From Podarcis filfolensis (Eukaryota), in NCBI GenBank assembly GCA_964270895.1, contig OZ185435.1: a stretch of DNA of 64,000 bases. One strand, 5' to 3'. Position numbers and translations under genes: made by a program. Below the pieces are notes generated by a model, which was given only the letters and a program-made list of their open reading frames with translations, searched no databases and was not told the origin of the DNA. Within the stretch, counting starts at the first letter, position 1. The number at the start of each line of letters is the position of its first letter. Below, one piece after another: positions 11,401 to 21,345 of this stretch.

Positions 11401-14184
11401 CCACAGGTTAGCCACCCTGATTTAGTCCCTTCTTGTAAATGTGGAAGCTAAGATCCTTTCAGCATTGCCTTTTCTTTTAATTCACCAATCTATGTATTCC
11501 TTCCTACCTAGGGAGTCCCATTAGTATGTAGAAACCATTACCTTATCTTGGGTTGGCTCTATTTCGCTTCCAAATTACTGGCACTCAACCACTTCAGCTT
11601 GATGTTAGATGCAATGGTGAATACGTGTAAATGCTCCCCTATTAAACTCTTAATGCTTCTTCCATGGCTGGCTAGAATTTGATCAGTGAAGTAATGATTT
11701 ATTAAATAAGACGCCCCAAAAAATGAATTTCTTTTTACATTTGTAAATACCCTTAGTGGAGCTCTGAGTGAAGTAAATTTGGTTCTTCTACTTTATATAA
11801 GGAATGGTCTGTATACCTCAGTGGTAGAATATATGCTTGGAAGCAGAAGATCCCAGGTTCAATCCTGTGAAATAGGTTAGATGAAGGAATGTGACTGAGC
11901 CAATGGCACATAGTGAAATTTACAGCTTTGGGGAGGATTTAAACCAAGGTCCAAGTCTAACAGTCTTTTACACCACATTGACTCTTAATAAGTAATAACT
12001 TGATTATCTAGCTTACATAATTGTGTTTACAATGTTTTTGAAAAAATGAGGTTTCTGCATCAAGAAATGTGGGAACTTCATTTACATTAAGCAGAGGTCC
12101 TTGCTTATGGGAGCTTTGAGAAAGCAAACTCTGCACCCAATAGTTATGAATTAATATCCACAGCCCAGGAGGCTTGCTAATGTCTATTACATATGTTCCT
12201 CTTCCCTCCTTCTCTCCTGCTGCAGCTAAGCCGAGGAGACAGCTTGAAGGAGGCAACCTCCATTGCTGAGGGCAGTCGAAACCCCAGCTACCGTTCTGAG
12301 CCAAGTCTGGAGCCAGAGAGTTTTCGGTCTCCTACTTTTGGCAAAAGTTTCCATTTTGATCCACTATCCAGTGGCTCCCGTTCGTCCAGCCTCAAGTCTG
12401 CCCAAGGCATGGGCTTTGAATTGGGCCATCTTCAGTCGATCCGCTCCGAGGGCACCACATCCACATCTTACAAGAGCTTGGTGAACCAGACGCGCAACGG
12501 GAGCTTGTCCTACGACAGCCTTCTCACACCCTCTGACAGCCCTGACTTTGAGTCAGTGCAGGCAGGCCCAGAGCCAGAGGCCCCCATGGGCTACACATCT
12601 CCTTTCCTCTCGGCACGTATTGCCCAGCAGCGGGAGGCTGACCTGCACAGTCGTTTCCCAAGTTCTGGCTCACCCAAGCACCAGCCACCCCGTGACCCTT
12701 CACCGGTCCGTTATGACAATCTTTCACGCCACATTGTGGCCTCCATGCAGGAGCGGGAGAAGCTGCTACAGCAGTCACCCACGCCACCACCCCTGGCCAA
12801 AGAGGAGGATACAGCACTGGGGGACTCAGGCATCCAGTCCACCCCAGGCTCCAGTAATGCTCCACGTACCAGCTCCTCCTCGGACGATTCAAAACGCTCA
12901 CCTCTGGGCAAGAACCCACTCACCCGCCCAGTGCCACCTCGCTTTGGCAAGCCAGAACCACCACATGCACTCAGAGTGCGCTCTCTGGGCTCACCAGACC
13001 AGCCTGCAGCCCCACACTTGGGCAAATCTGTGTCTTACAGCAGCCAAAAACAGTCCTCGCAGGCCATTGTCCCAGAGACTGAGGAGGTGGCCTTGCAGCC
13101 TTTACTGGCACCAAAGTAAGTACAAGTGACACCTGCCTCGCGCTTTAAGTGTTCCTTGACTTGGTGGAGGATGAGCCGCATTCAACCCTGTCCTATCTCT
13201 GATCTGACCAGAGACCCCAAGATAATATTTGTTCCTTTCAGCAGCATTTGGAGGGAGTAGCTGGGGAAGATCTACAAATAATGCCTGCACTCGTCTTCCC
13301 TTTCCTTCCTTCCTTCCTCCCTCCCTCCTTTCCTTCCTTCCCTCCAGTGTGTGAACCAGCCCATTTCCTCCACTGTACAATGCAGTGCATATCTCCAGAG
13401 TACCACATTCCTTTTTGTGAAGTGTGTGTGGCGCTGAACACCCCTACTTTCCTTGGGTGTGTGTGATGGCCATTGGCTTTCCTAGAAGATACCTGGATCT
13501 GTGTGAAAGCTGCTTGGTTTCTACCTCATATATAAAACTTTTATATATGAGTCTGCCTTTCCACCTTACCCAAGTGTGGTCCTTTTCCCTGTCTTGTTGG
13601 CATGCATGAAAGAGACACTTGGGTCCACCAGGGAAAGGACAGTTTGTAAGAAATCACCTCCTCCTCTCATGATGGTGGAAGCATGAGCCCTTCTGTCAGT
13701 TTCCTGAAAAGCTTTCTTCCCACTGCACCTCCTTTTTTTTTTCCTTCTAGAGAGTGTTGTATTGGGTACATGTAGCATCTTTTCTTAATAATTTTCTGTG
13801 TGTAGTATCCTATCCTCTTCTAGATTAGTGTGTTTACCTGGGTGGTAAAAGTATTTAGAATAAGTTCTCTGTAGATACAAAAAGTGCACTGTTCCTTAAG
13901 CAGTGTAAGATGTATCCCAAGCTTTCCTTTCCTTACCGAGTGTGAGGCATCCTCCATTTCCATTGCCATTGAATGAGTGGTCACTTCCTGACATCCTTGT
14001 ATCCTTCCTTTTCCCCAGAGACGAGATGCAGATGAGACCCTCCTACAGCAAGTCCAATGGACAGCCCAAAAGCCTGAGCTCAACCTCGCCCACCCCTGGT
14101 CAGCCACCTCTCAGCAGCCCCACTCGTGGAGGAGTCAAGAAGGTCTCTGGAGTGGGTGGGACTACGTATGAGATCTCTGTCTGA
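2370..14184 (+). CDS. ZDHHC5: Palmitoyltransferase ZDHHC5, 5'-partial. join(2370..2491,3497..3654,4273..4445,4609..4711,4788..4879,6316..6448,6824..6947,7880..7992,12226..13115,14019..14184)
   Basis: All exons are AG/GT bounded with consistent phases. DHHC-CRD ([37 protein letters not shown]), TTNEQ motif, [17 protein letters not shown] and C-terminal YEISV PDZ ligand are present. The first coding exon lies upstream of the window. Confidence 0.97.
3497..3654 (+). CDS. ZDHHC5: ZDHHC5 exon, N-terminal half of the cysteine-rich domain
   Basis: ttcag| ... |gtgaga, 158 bp, ending [25 protein letters not shown]. Confidence 0.96.
4273..4445 (+). CDS. ZDHHC5: ZDHHC5 exon with catalytic DHHC (codons 4279..4290)
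   Basis: aatag| ... |gtatcc, 173 bp. Confidence 0.96.
4446..4608 (+). other. U12-type (minor spliceosome) GT-AG intron of ZDHHC5
   Basis: 5'ss GTATCCTC (consensus RTATCCTT); branch point TTCCTTGAC at 4589..4597, 11 nt before the 3' end; no polypyrimidine tract. Confidence 0.85.
4609..4711 (+). CDS. ZDHHC5: ZDHHC5 exon ([34 protein letters not shown])
   Basis: gacag| ... |gtagat, 103 bp. Confidence 0.95.
4788..4879 (+). CDS. ZDHHC5: ZDHHC5 exon ([31 protein letters not shown])
   Basis: tgcag| ... |gtaaat, 92 bp; the preceding intron is only 76 bp. Confidence 0.95.
6316..6448 (+). CDS. ZDHHC5: ZDHHC5 exon (YLGRPK...[12 protein letters not shown])
   Basis: actag| ... |gtaagg, 133 bp. Confidence 0.94.
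6824..6947 (+). CDS. ZDHHC5: ZDHHC5 exon ([30 protein letters not shown]...)
   Basis: tgcag| ... |gtaaga, 124 bp. Confidence 0.95.
7880..7992 (+). CDS. ZDHHC5: ZDHHC5 exon ([38 protein letters not shown])
   Basis: cacag| ... |gtaatg, 113 bp. Confidence 0.94.
8858..9530 (+). mobile_element. L2-type LINE 3' fragment interrupted by a Sauria SINE
   Basis: Typical squamate L2 3' end (ccttaaatggttcaggacc...gccctcatttgtgtgc...gggcggcatagaaatttaaataaat). Confidence 0.7.
9187..9442 (+). mobile_element. 5'-truncated Sauria SINE
   Basis: Aligns to the 3' half of the copy at 17129..17486; (TTTACC)n tail; TSD TTACTATGTT at 9177..9186 and 9443..9452. Confidence 0.85.
9771..11217. mobile_element. Non-autonomous hAT (Charlie-like) element, 1447 bp
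   Basis: TIRs CACGGGTGTTAGACTC and GAGTTTGACACCCCTG; perfect 8-bp TSD TTCTAAAT at 9763..9770 and 11218..11225; no transposase ORF. Confidence 0.85.
11806..11868 (+). mobile_element. Decayed tRNA-derived SINE head
   Basis: A-box-like cctcagtggtaga and B-box-like ggttcaatcc. Confidence 0.45.
12226..13115 (+). CDS. ZDHHC5: ZDHHC5 large exon, Ser/Pro-rich cytoplasmic tail
   Basis: tgcag| ... |gtaagt, 890 bp; matches ORF 12193..13119. Confidence 0.96.
14019..14184 (+). CDS. ZDHHC5: ZDHHC5 last coding exon, ending GGTTYEISV*
   Basis: cccag| then open frame to TGA at 14182..14184. Confidence 0.96.
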
Positions 14185-15702
14185 GGAGGTGATATCCCCA
14201 CTGTTGACTCCTCCCTGGCTGATTCCAAAATGCTCTATCCCTGATGAGCAGGAGATTGGGACTTGCTCACCAAATGGTTGCCCCATCAGATGCATGGACC
14301 TTTTTTTACAAATACAGTTTTGTGGGGGGTGGGGGGGGAGAGCTGAAGGGACAGCTACCTTTTTAAACTAAAGTATCTGGGATTGGGAGAGTCCCTAAAC
14401 ACTACAGCAGGATTCTAGCCTTGCTCATCTCCACAGCCTGCACTCTTCCTCTCAACCAACAAAGAGACTGCAATTTGTAGCGCACACTGCCCAGAGAGAA
14501 GGGGAGGGAGTTGCTCTCAGCACCCTCTGTGAGAGAAGGTACAGGCTGCAGGCTGCCCCACTACCAACAGGACAGTCAGTTGTGGACCTTGTGCAATCGC
14601 TCGCCTAGTGCGGTAGGAGTGGATCATTTTTAATTTTTTTTTATTGTTAACGGATGCTATTTTTTCCTGTTCTGAGTTACTGGGTGTGTATATATAAATA
14701 TCTATAAATATATAAATATTAATATTAAAATATATATATATATCCATATGGAGCGTGGGGTGGCCCTGGCAGACCCCATTAGCTGGGCCTGAGGAAGCCA
14801 TGTGTGGAGCATTTTAATTTTTGAGGAGTCCAAAGGGCTGTATCAGATTAATCATTTTCTTTACTTTTGAATGGGTCAGGCAAAATACAAAAACTGCTGT
14901 TAAATCACTATCCTTGGACAAGTATTGCTGAGGAAATGCTAATATGTTACCTAATTGGTACCACTGACCTGGTCATCCCAGTGCCTGTGGCCAGGCTTGA
15001 GTTTGGCTTGTTCTGCCCCGCTCTGGATTCCAGGAAATGAAGGGAATAGACAAAGGCTTCCTAATCCCTGCTCTATCCTTCTGGAAGATTTCCCCCATGA
15101 ATAAATCCTTCTTTTCTGGGGGGCTCGGGGGGGGGGGTGTAAGAAGACTATGGGAGTGTTTGGCTTCCCATGTTTTCAGCTCCAAACAGGCTTTGACTTC
15201 TCAGTAAAATGACTCCCAGTGAAAGGATGCCATACCCTACAAACCAGGCCAATCAGCATGCACAGGTGCCAGTTGCATACTATTAGGATACAGGAACGTG
15301 CTTTGGGTGCTGAGCAGGAGGAGGGTGGCAGTGGCATTGGAGCTGTGTCGCCTATGTGGATATATTACTTGTATTCAGTAAATCCCTCCCCCAGGTGGTT
15401 TCCCCTGCTTTTTTACATTGCTTTTATGATTTGTTCCATATTGATTTATTGTGGTATCATGGTTCTTTATTCACAAACTGGGCAAGAGAAAGAAGAGGGA
15501 AAACAAACAAACCAAAAAGCAATATTTTTCCATATGCCAAAAATCTTTTAACCCCTAAAAGCCCATGAGTAAAAATCAGAGCAACCCAGGAATCCAACAA
15601 TCTCCAGTCGCTACTGACTCTTTCTCTATGGCAATATCTTTACTGTGGCCTGCAATGGGCCACACTTTTATTTTTATTATGACTAGCCATTTTAAAATGA
15701 GG

Positions 15703-15708
15703 AATAAA
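15703..15708 (+). terminator. Probable ZDHHC5 polyadenylation signal
   Basis: AATAAA followed ~30 nt later by a GT/T-rich tract (gtgtagttttgttttgttttgtt). Confidence 0.6.
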
Positions 15709-17128
15709 AAATTATATAATGAGCCACTCCCTCCATGCTTGTGTAGTTTTGTTTTGTTTTGTTAACCTGGGGAGGAGAGAGGTCCTGGTGGTTGTACTTC
15801 AGTATTGCTTGCCGTGTCACCCAAAATGGTTCCATAGGAAGGACATTACTAGCTTCTGATCCTTGGTAATTCGAACTGCAGGCATTGTGCTGATTCCCAG
15901 AGCTGGTGCAAAAGGTTTCCCAAGAAGGTAAGTGAGGAATGCTCATTCAGTCGTCTACATTCCAAACCTTGTTACAGAGGAGGCTTACAATGGAGGACTG
16001 GTTCAGAAAGTAGTTGCATCTAGAATGAACATCTTCAGGCAGTGGAAAAGAAGCAACCGCCATTTATTACACATTTCCAGTACGAAACAAAGGCCATCCT
16101 TCACCAACTGCATTATGCTTTGGAACCCAAACCATAAGCATAGCTCATATGCCCCACACAAGGTTATTGCAGAGCAAATACATCCCAGCAAATTCAAGCA
16201 AGAAAACCAAGCCATCAACCACGGGGGAGGGCAAAATTCCCTCCCGGAAGAAGTAGCAGTTCCTCCAATCAGTCTGACCTGTGAAGAATTTCCTCTTAAA
16301 ACCAAATAATTATATATCAGAATCTAAGTGATATGTTTCTGTTGAGTAACCTGAAAGAAAACTATTGAACATAGTTCCATCCCACCTATGTGACATTGTA
16401 TTAAAGGAGTAAACATGCACAGGGGGGTGGGGCGGGGAGTGAAGCAAGATCAGAATGGTGATTTCCCTGCCCCTCTCAGCCACATTTCATCTGAGGAGGG
16501 AAGTTCTGTCAGCACTTCCCTTCTGATGCAAATAGCAGGCTTCAGTAGGGAAAGTGTTAAACTTCCTCTCCCTGCCCAACACAGTCCAAATCCTGCTGCA
16601 GTTGTTAGAGAAGGATGTACATTAATTCCTTCTGTGTAAGTAGTGGTCCATGTAGCTTGCCTCTTAATCTTGAACCTCTGGAGATTTCTTTGATCATACA
16701 AGTGCTCTAAGGTGACTGCACCTCATACAGAAAAATACAGTTTCCTCCCACTAACTTCATTTTCAGGGGTTGAAAATAATATTTTTCTGAATTTAAAATA
16801 CTGTTTGTTGACCTTGATATACGGCACAGTTTTTGATTGCAAGTGTTATAGCATGGTAATATTGACAGCAAGACTTTTTGAAGGTAGCTTGCAAGATGAT
16901 GTTGTGAGACAGAGAAGAGTCCTAAAAGGAGTGTACTAATAAAAGGTGTAACCTTGCTTACATAGTGTGGCAGATGGTTTCAAAAGCCAGGAGGAGGAGG
17001 AATAAAAATTGTACTTCAATGTTGTTATGACTTTAAAGCAGATAGAAAGTGGAAGTCCAACAGTTCTCTCCTGAACCAAAGCAAATATTTCCAGTCAGCA
17101 TCCTTTGAGTGGACTATAGTACTATGTT

Positions 17129-17486
17129 AGGTAAAGGTAAAGGTACCCCTGCCCGTACAGGCCAGTCGTGTCCGACTCTAGGGTTGTGCGCCCATCTCAC
17201 TTAAGAGGCCGGGGGCCAGCGCTGTCCGGAGACACTTCCGGGTCACGTGGCCAGCGTGATGAAGCTGCTCTGGCGAGCCGGCACCAGCGCAGCACACGGA
17301 AACGCCGTTTACCTTCCCGCTAGAAAGCGGTACCTATTTATCTACTTGCACTTAAGGGTGCTTTCGAACTGCTAGGTGGGCAGGAGCTGGGACCGAAAGA
17401 CGGGAGCTCACCCCGCCGCGGGGATTCGAACCGCCGACCATGCGATCGGAAGCCCTAGGCGCTGAGGTTTTACCCACCCGCGTCCC
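17129..17486 (-). mobile_element. Full-length Sauria SINE (lacertid type)
   Basis: 5' GGGACGCGGGTGG, tRNA-like B box (ggttcgaatccc), (TTTACC)n tail; 13-bp TSD ATAGTACTATGTT at 17116..17128 and 17487..17499; CpGs retained. Confidence 0.92.
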
Positions 17487-20294
17487 ATAGTACTATGTTG
17501 GGGGCTCGTAAAATTATCTGTTATGACAGAAGATGTGCTACTGTGAAAAAGATACAAAGCAGTTAAGATTGCCAGCAAATAAAGTAAGAGGGGAACTTCC
17601 GTCCTTAAGTGTGGAAGTTAGGATTAAATCCAGTTTTTTTAATGGGGTGAGTTTTAATGTTCAGCAGCCTTTCTAGTTCAGCATGTCTAAGCACAGTTCT
17701 TTCTCATGTCAGAAAGCAAGGGGGAGATTTTTGTCAGCCACTGCCTGAAACAATTAAGAGTGATTACAACTTACCTTATTTCATTATATTAATTGAAAAG
17801 CTTGAAATTCATGTAGCTCTTTTCTAACCAGTAACATTCTAATCGCAAAGCTGAATTTATTGCTGAACCATTTTGTGTTAATGTTTTTCTTTATCTTTAA
17901 TGTATTATACATTTAAAGTACAAGTGTATTTTGCCATCTTTTTGTGGGGCTAAAAACCCTAATCTCAGAACCTAAGCTTTCTTGTTCTAATATTTTTTCA
18001 TATTATATCCTAGGTTGAGGGCTAGGCCTCAAAGTGGCTTGCAATATAAAAGTAAAAAAAACAAATTAAAAATGCCATTAAAACAAAAATTTTGTAAATA
18101 ACCCTCAACTGCACTTGCTACATTCTAAATTGTGTTTCATCTCAATTGATAAAACTGCACAGCATTCCAAATGAGGCTTGGGAATTGAAGTTCTGTGTTA
18201 TTGGTGAAATTTTCATCTTTACTGCATTCAAGTCTACATTCTCTTTGTTTTTGTTTCCTTCACACCTTGATGAAAATATTGGACATCAAGCATATATATA
18301 TATATATCATCCTTACCATGCAGTTCTGATACAGATGGTTGGAAAACCACTTCTTGTGAGGAGCATGCGGCTCAACTGCAGCCGGTAATTTTTATATCCA
18401 AATAATAGAATTTCACAGAAAAGGAATCTAAAGGACTTTGGAGAAAGCTATGAGCAAGTGATGCAGCTATCTATATGGCAACAGTTGCCGGGTGAGAGGT
18501 CTTAATCCAGCCAAAACAAGGCAGGACAAAGTCCCCTTGACTTCAGTATTAAACCCATGCTTGTCATTGATTCCAGTGTGGGAAAGTTATTGACATGCCA
18601 ATATTACCTAAATAGTACCGTTTATATAGAAGGTAAAAGAGATGCCCTGAGTGATGCTTTATAGAACAAGGGTGGAGTATAAAAGTGCATTAAATAAATA
18701 AATACGCACAATTGCTTTTTGTATACATCCACATAATATGATTTCTAATTTCTGGTAGATAAACATGTAAAATATATATGTCATAAGTGCTAATAACAAC
18801 CATGATGTTCATTCAGAAAGTCAGTGCTTTATTTCATTCATTCTTTTATTAACTATGGAAACAGATTCTCCTTAATTCTTCTACTTTAGAGACTAAGGAA
18901 GGGGCTTGGCTCAGAACCGGCTACAGCAGTAATGGCTTTAGGCCTGCTTGGTCCTTCTAGAGTGATTCAGTTTCCATAGATTTTCCACCTTGGTGAGTTA
19001 GTTTAAATTATCCCAGAATGTGTGCTTAAGCTCTTCAACGGCTCTTTTAAGTGTTCTGCTTCTTGTTGATGACAGCAAGAGTGCTAATTGCCCCAATTAC
19101 ACTTCTGAACCAGAGCCTTGATGTTGCTTACTTTGCCTCAAGGAGAAGCCTTTGAACCTAGTTTGTATCTCCCAATACCTGCTCATCATCTGGAAGAGCT
19201 GAGTAAGGCTGTGGTAGTACAGTAATGGCGACTAAGCATCTGACAGACACCTTCATGAAAGCAGGCTATAATCCTATAGCAGGCAGTCTTCAAGAAAAGG
19301 GAGTTCCTGGTGAAGACTAGTAGGATTGTAGAAAGGCTTCTAATAGCCTGTGGGTGGGACTCATTAGGCTGCTCTGTAATAAATTATAATTCAAGTGATC
19401 TTGGGAACCCTGGCTTCTCACTAGCTGCTGTTCATTTGCCTTTTTGCTAGGAGACAAGACTAACTTAACTTCCACAACAGTGCACATTGCCATGGTACGC
19501 TTCCATACCGGCAAATCTGCATGCAGTGTAAGTTGGAAGGGACCGCCTCAACTAGTTTCTGCTGCAAATTGCACAAAAGTTATTATGAAAACTGTCCCTG
19601 TTGAATTTCTACTCAACATATAGCAGCTAGACACAGCCTCATACTGGGATTGGGGGCGGGGGAGAAACACATGGTGTATTTTGTCAGGGATAGAGAGGGT
19701 GGGGGCTTCCCCTATGGGATGCTCCTTTAGTAGTTTGGAACCATGGGCTCTGCTGGCAGTTTGATTTGGAGATTTTATTCGGTCCCCCTCCCACCTGAAG
19801 TACATATAATTGTGATAACTGCATATTCTTCCCTAATCTGTCCCTGCCTCTGTTCTTTGCCTTTTTTTTAGATTGAAGGCTGCTTGGGATAAGGGCATGT
19901 CAGACCTGTACTTTATAACATGCCATACACATAGGTGGTGCTGTGTGAAAAACAACTGCAGTATTGTAAGTGATTGTGCAGAGTGTCCTTACTTGAAACT
20001 GATGACCTTCTAAGCTTCCGTTCCCATTTCCCATTTCCTTGGTGATCTTTTAAGAAAGAAGATTCTACAACTTGCCTAAGCAGCTGGTTCCATTTCTGAT
20101 CAGCCCTTTCCTCTTGGCAGTTTTCCTATAATTTTAAATCTGGTCATCCCCCCCTTTTTTTGTTTTATAACCCCTTTTGTATCTGCTATTTTTGAGATGG
20201 TCAACAGCATCCCTTAATCTTCTGTGAGCTGAACACACTCAGCTCCTTATCTTCTCCTTGTATTCATAAGTCTCATATTCTTTTGAACTGTGGT

Positions 20295-20731
20295 TTTGTT
20301 GTTGTTGTTTAGTCGTTTAGTCGTGTCCGACTCTTCGTGACCCCATGGACCAGAGCACGCCAGGCACCTCTGTCCTCCACTACCTCCCGCAGTTTGGTCA
20401 GACTCATGTTTGTGGCATCGAGAACACTATCCAACCATCTCATCCTCTGTCGCCCCCTTCTCCTTGTGCCCTCCATCTTTCCCAGCATCAGTGTCTTCTC
20501 CAGGGAGTCTTCTCTTCTCAGGAGGTGGCCAAAGTACTGGAGCCTCAGCTTCACGATCTGTCCTTCCAGTGAGCACTCAGGGCTGATTTCATTAAGAATG
20601 GATGCGTTTGATCTTCTTGCAGTCCATGGGACTCTCAAGAGTCTTCTCCAGCACCATAATTCAAAAGCATCAATTCTTCGGCGATCAGCCTTCTTTATGG
20701 TCCAGCTCTCACTTCCATACATCACTACTGG
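20295..20731 (-). mobile_element. 5'-truncated RTE-BovB LINE
   Basis: Uninterrupted ORF 20309..20725 (YGSESWTIKKADRRRIDAFELWCWRRLLRVPW...VHGVTKSRTRLND); (CAA)n tail; 12-bp TSD TTGAACTGTGGT at 20283..20294 and 20732..20743. Confidence 0.95.
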
Positions 20732-21159
20732 TTGAACTGTGGTACTCTGTTTTAAATATCTCTTTCTGACACTGCTGCACAGAATAGTATTATGGGTTCT
20801 GCTAATACAGGTTGGATTGGCCTAGCTGTACAGCTTTGCACAGGCTTGTCGGACTGAACCCTCCCCATCTCACACAGTGACGCATTAAGAATCTGCAAGT
20901 CTTGTCATACCACATTTCAAGAGACCCCCTTGGAGAGTAATGATGTAACTTTGTTATGAAATTAACTTAAAATTATGTTTGAGTCACACCGTTGCAGAGG
21001 GAAACCAATGAACAGGGAGTGACTTGTTGAGCTTCAGTCAACAATATGGGCTTTTGGCTGCAAGAAGCTAATGGTTAGCATTGAAGAAGGCTGCCATGTT
21101 TCCAGGCTTGTAAGTCTGCCACCCCCACCCCCACAAAGCAGATGTGGTCATGAGTAAAG

Positions 21160-21345
21160 AATAGGGCTAAGCACTAGGCAGGAGATCTGGATCCATCTTC
21201 TGCTTCTGCCATAGTTTCTCACTGAGCAAATCATTTTTGATCCCAGTTCCAAATTTTTAAAATGGAGTACAGCAGTGACCTACCTCACAGGGTTGTTGTG
21301 AGGGCACAAATAAAGATTGTAACACACTTTGCTAATTAAAAGTGC
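21160..21345 (+). mobile_element. Old MIR/CORE-like SINE remnant
   Basis: ttttaaaatggag...cctacctcacagggttgttgtgaggg CORE-like segment; boundaries approximate. Confidence 0.5.

Noticed and set aside
12548-13129. 193-aa alternative-frame ORF overlapping the ZDHHC5 large exon
   Set aside because: No recognisable domain; long off-frame ORFs are expected in GC-rich Ser/Pro-coding exons.
13999-14006. GTATCCTT U12-donor-like motif
   Set aside because: It sits inside the polypyrimidine tract of a normal U2 acceptor, with no upstream exon or matching U12 branch point.
20337-20735. 132-aa plus-strand ORF
   Set aside because: Antisense shadow of the BovB ORF.
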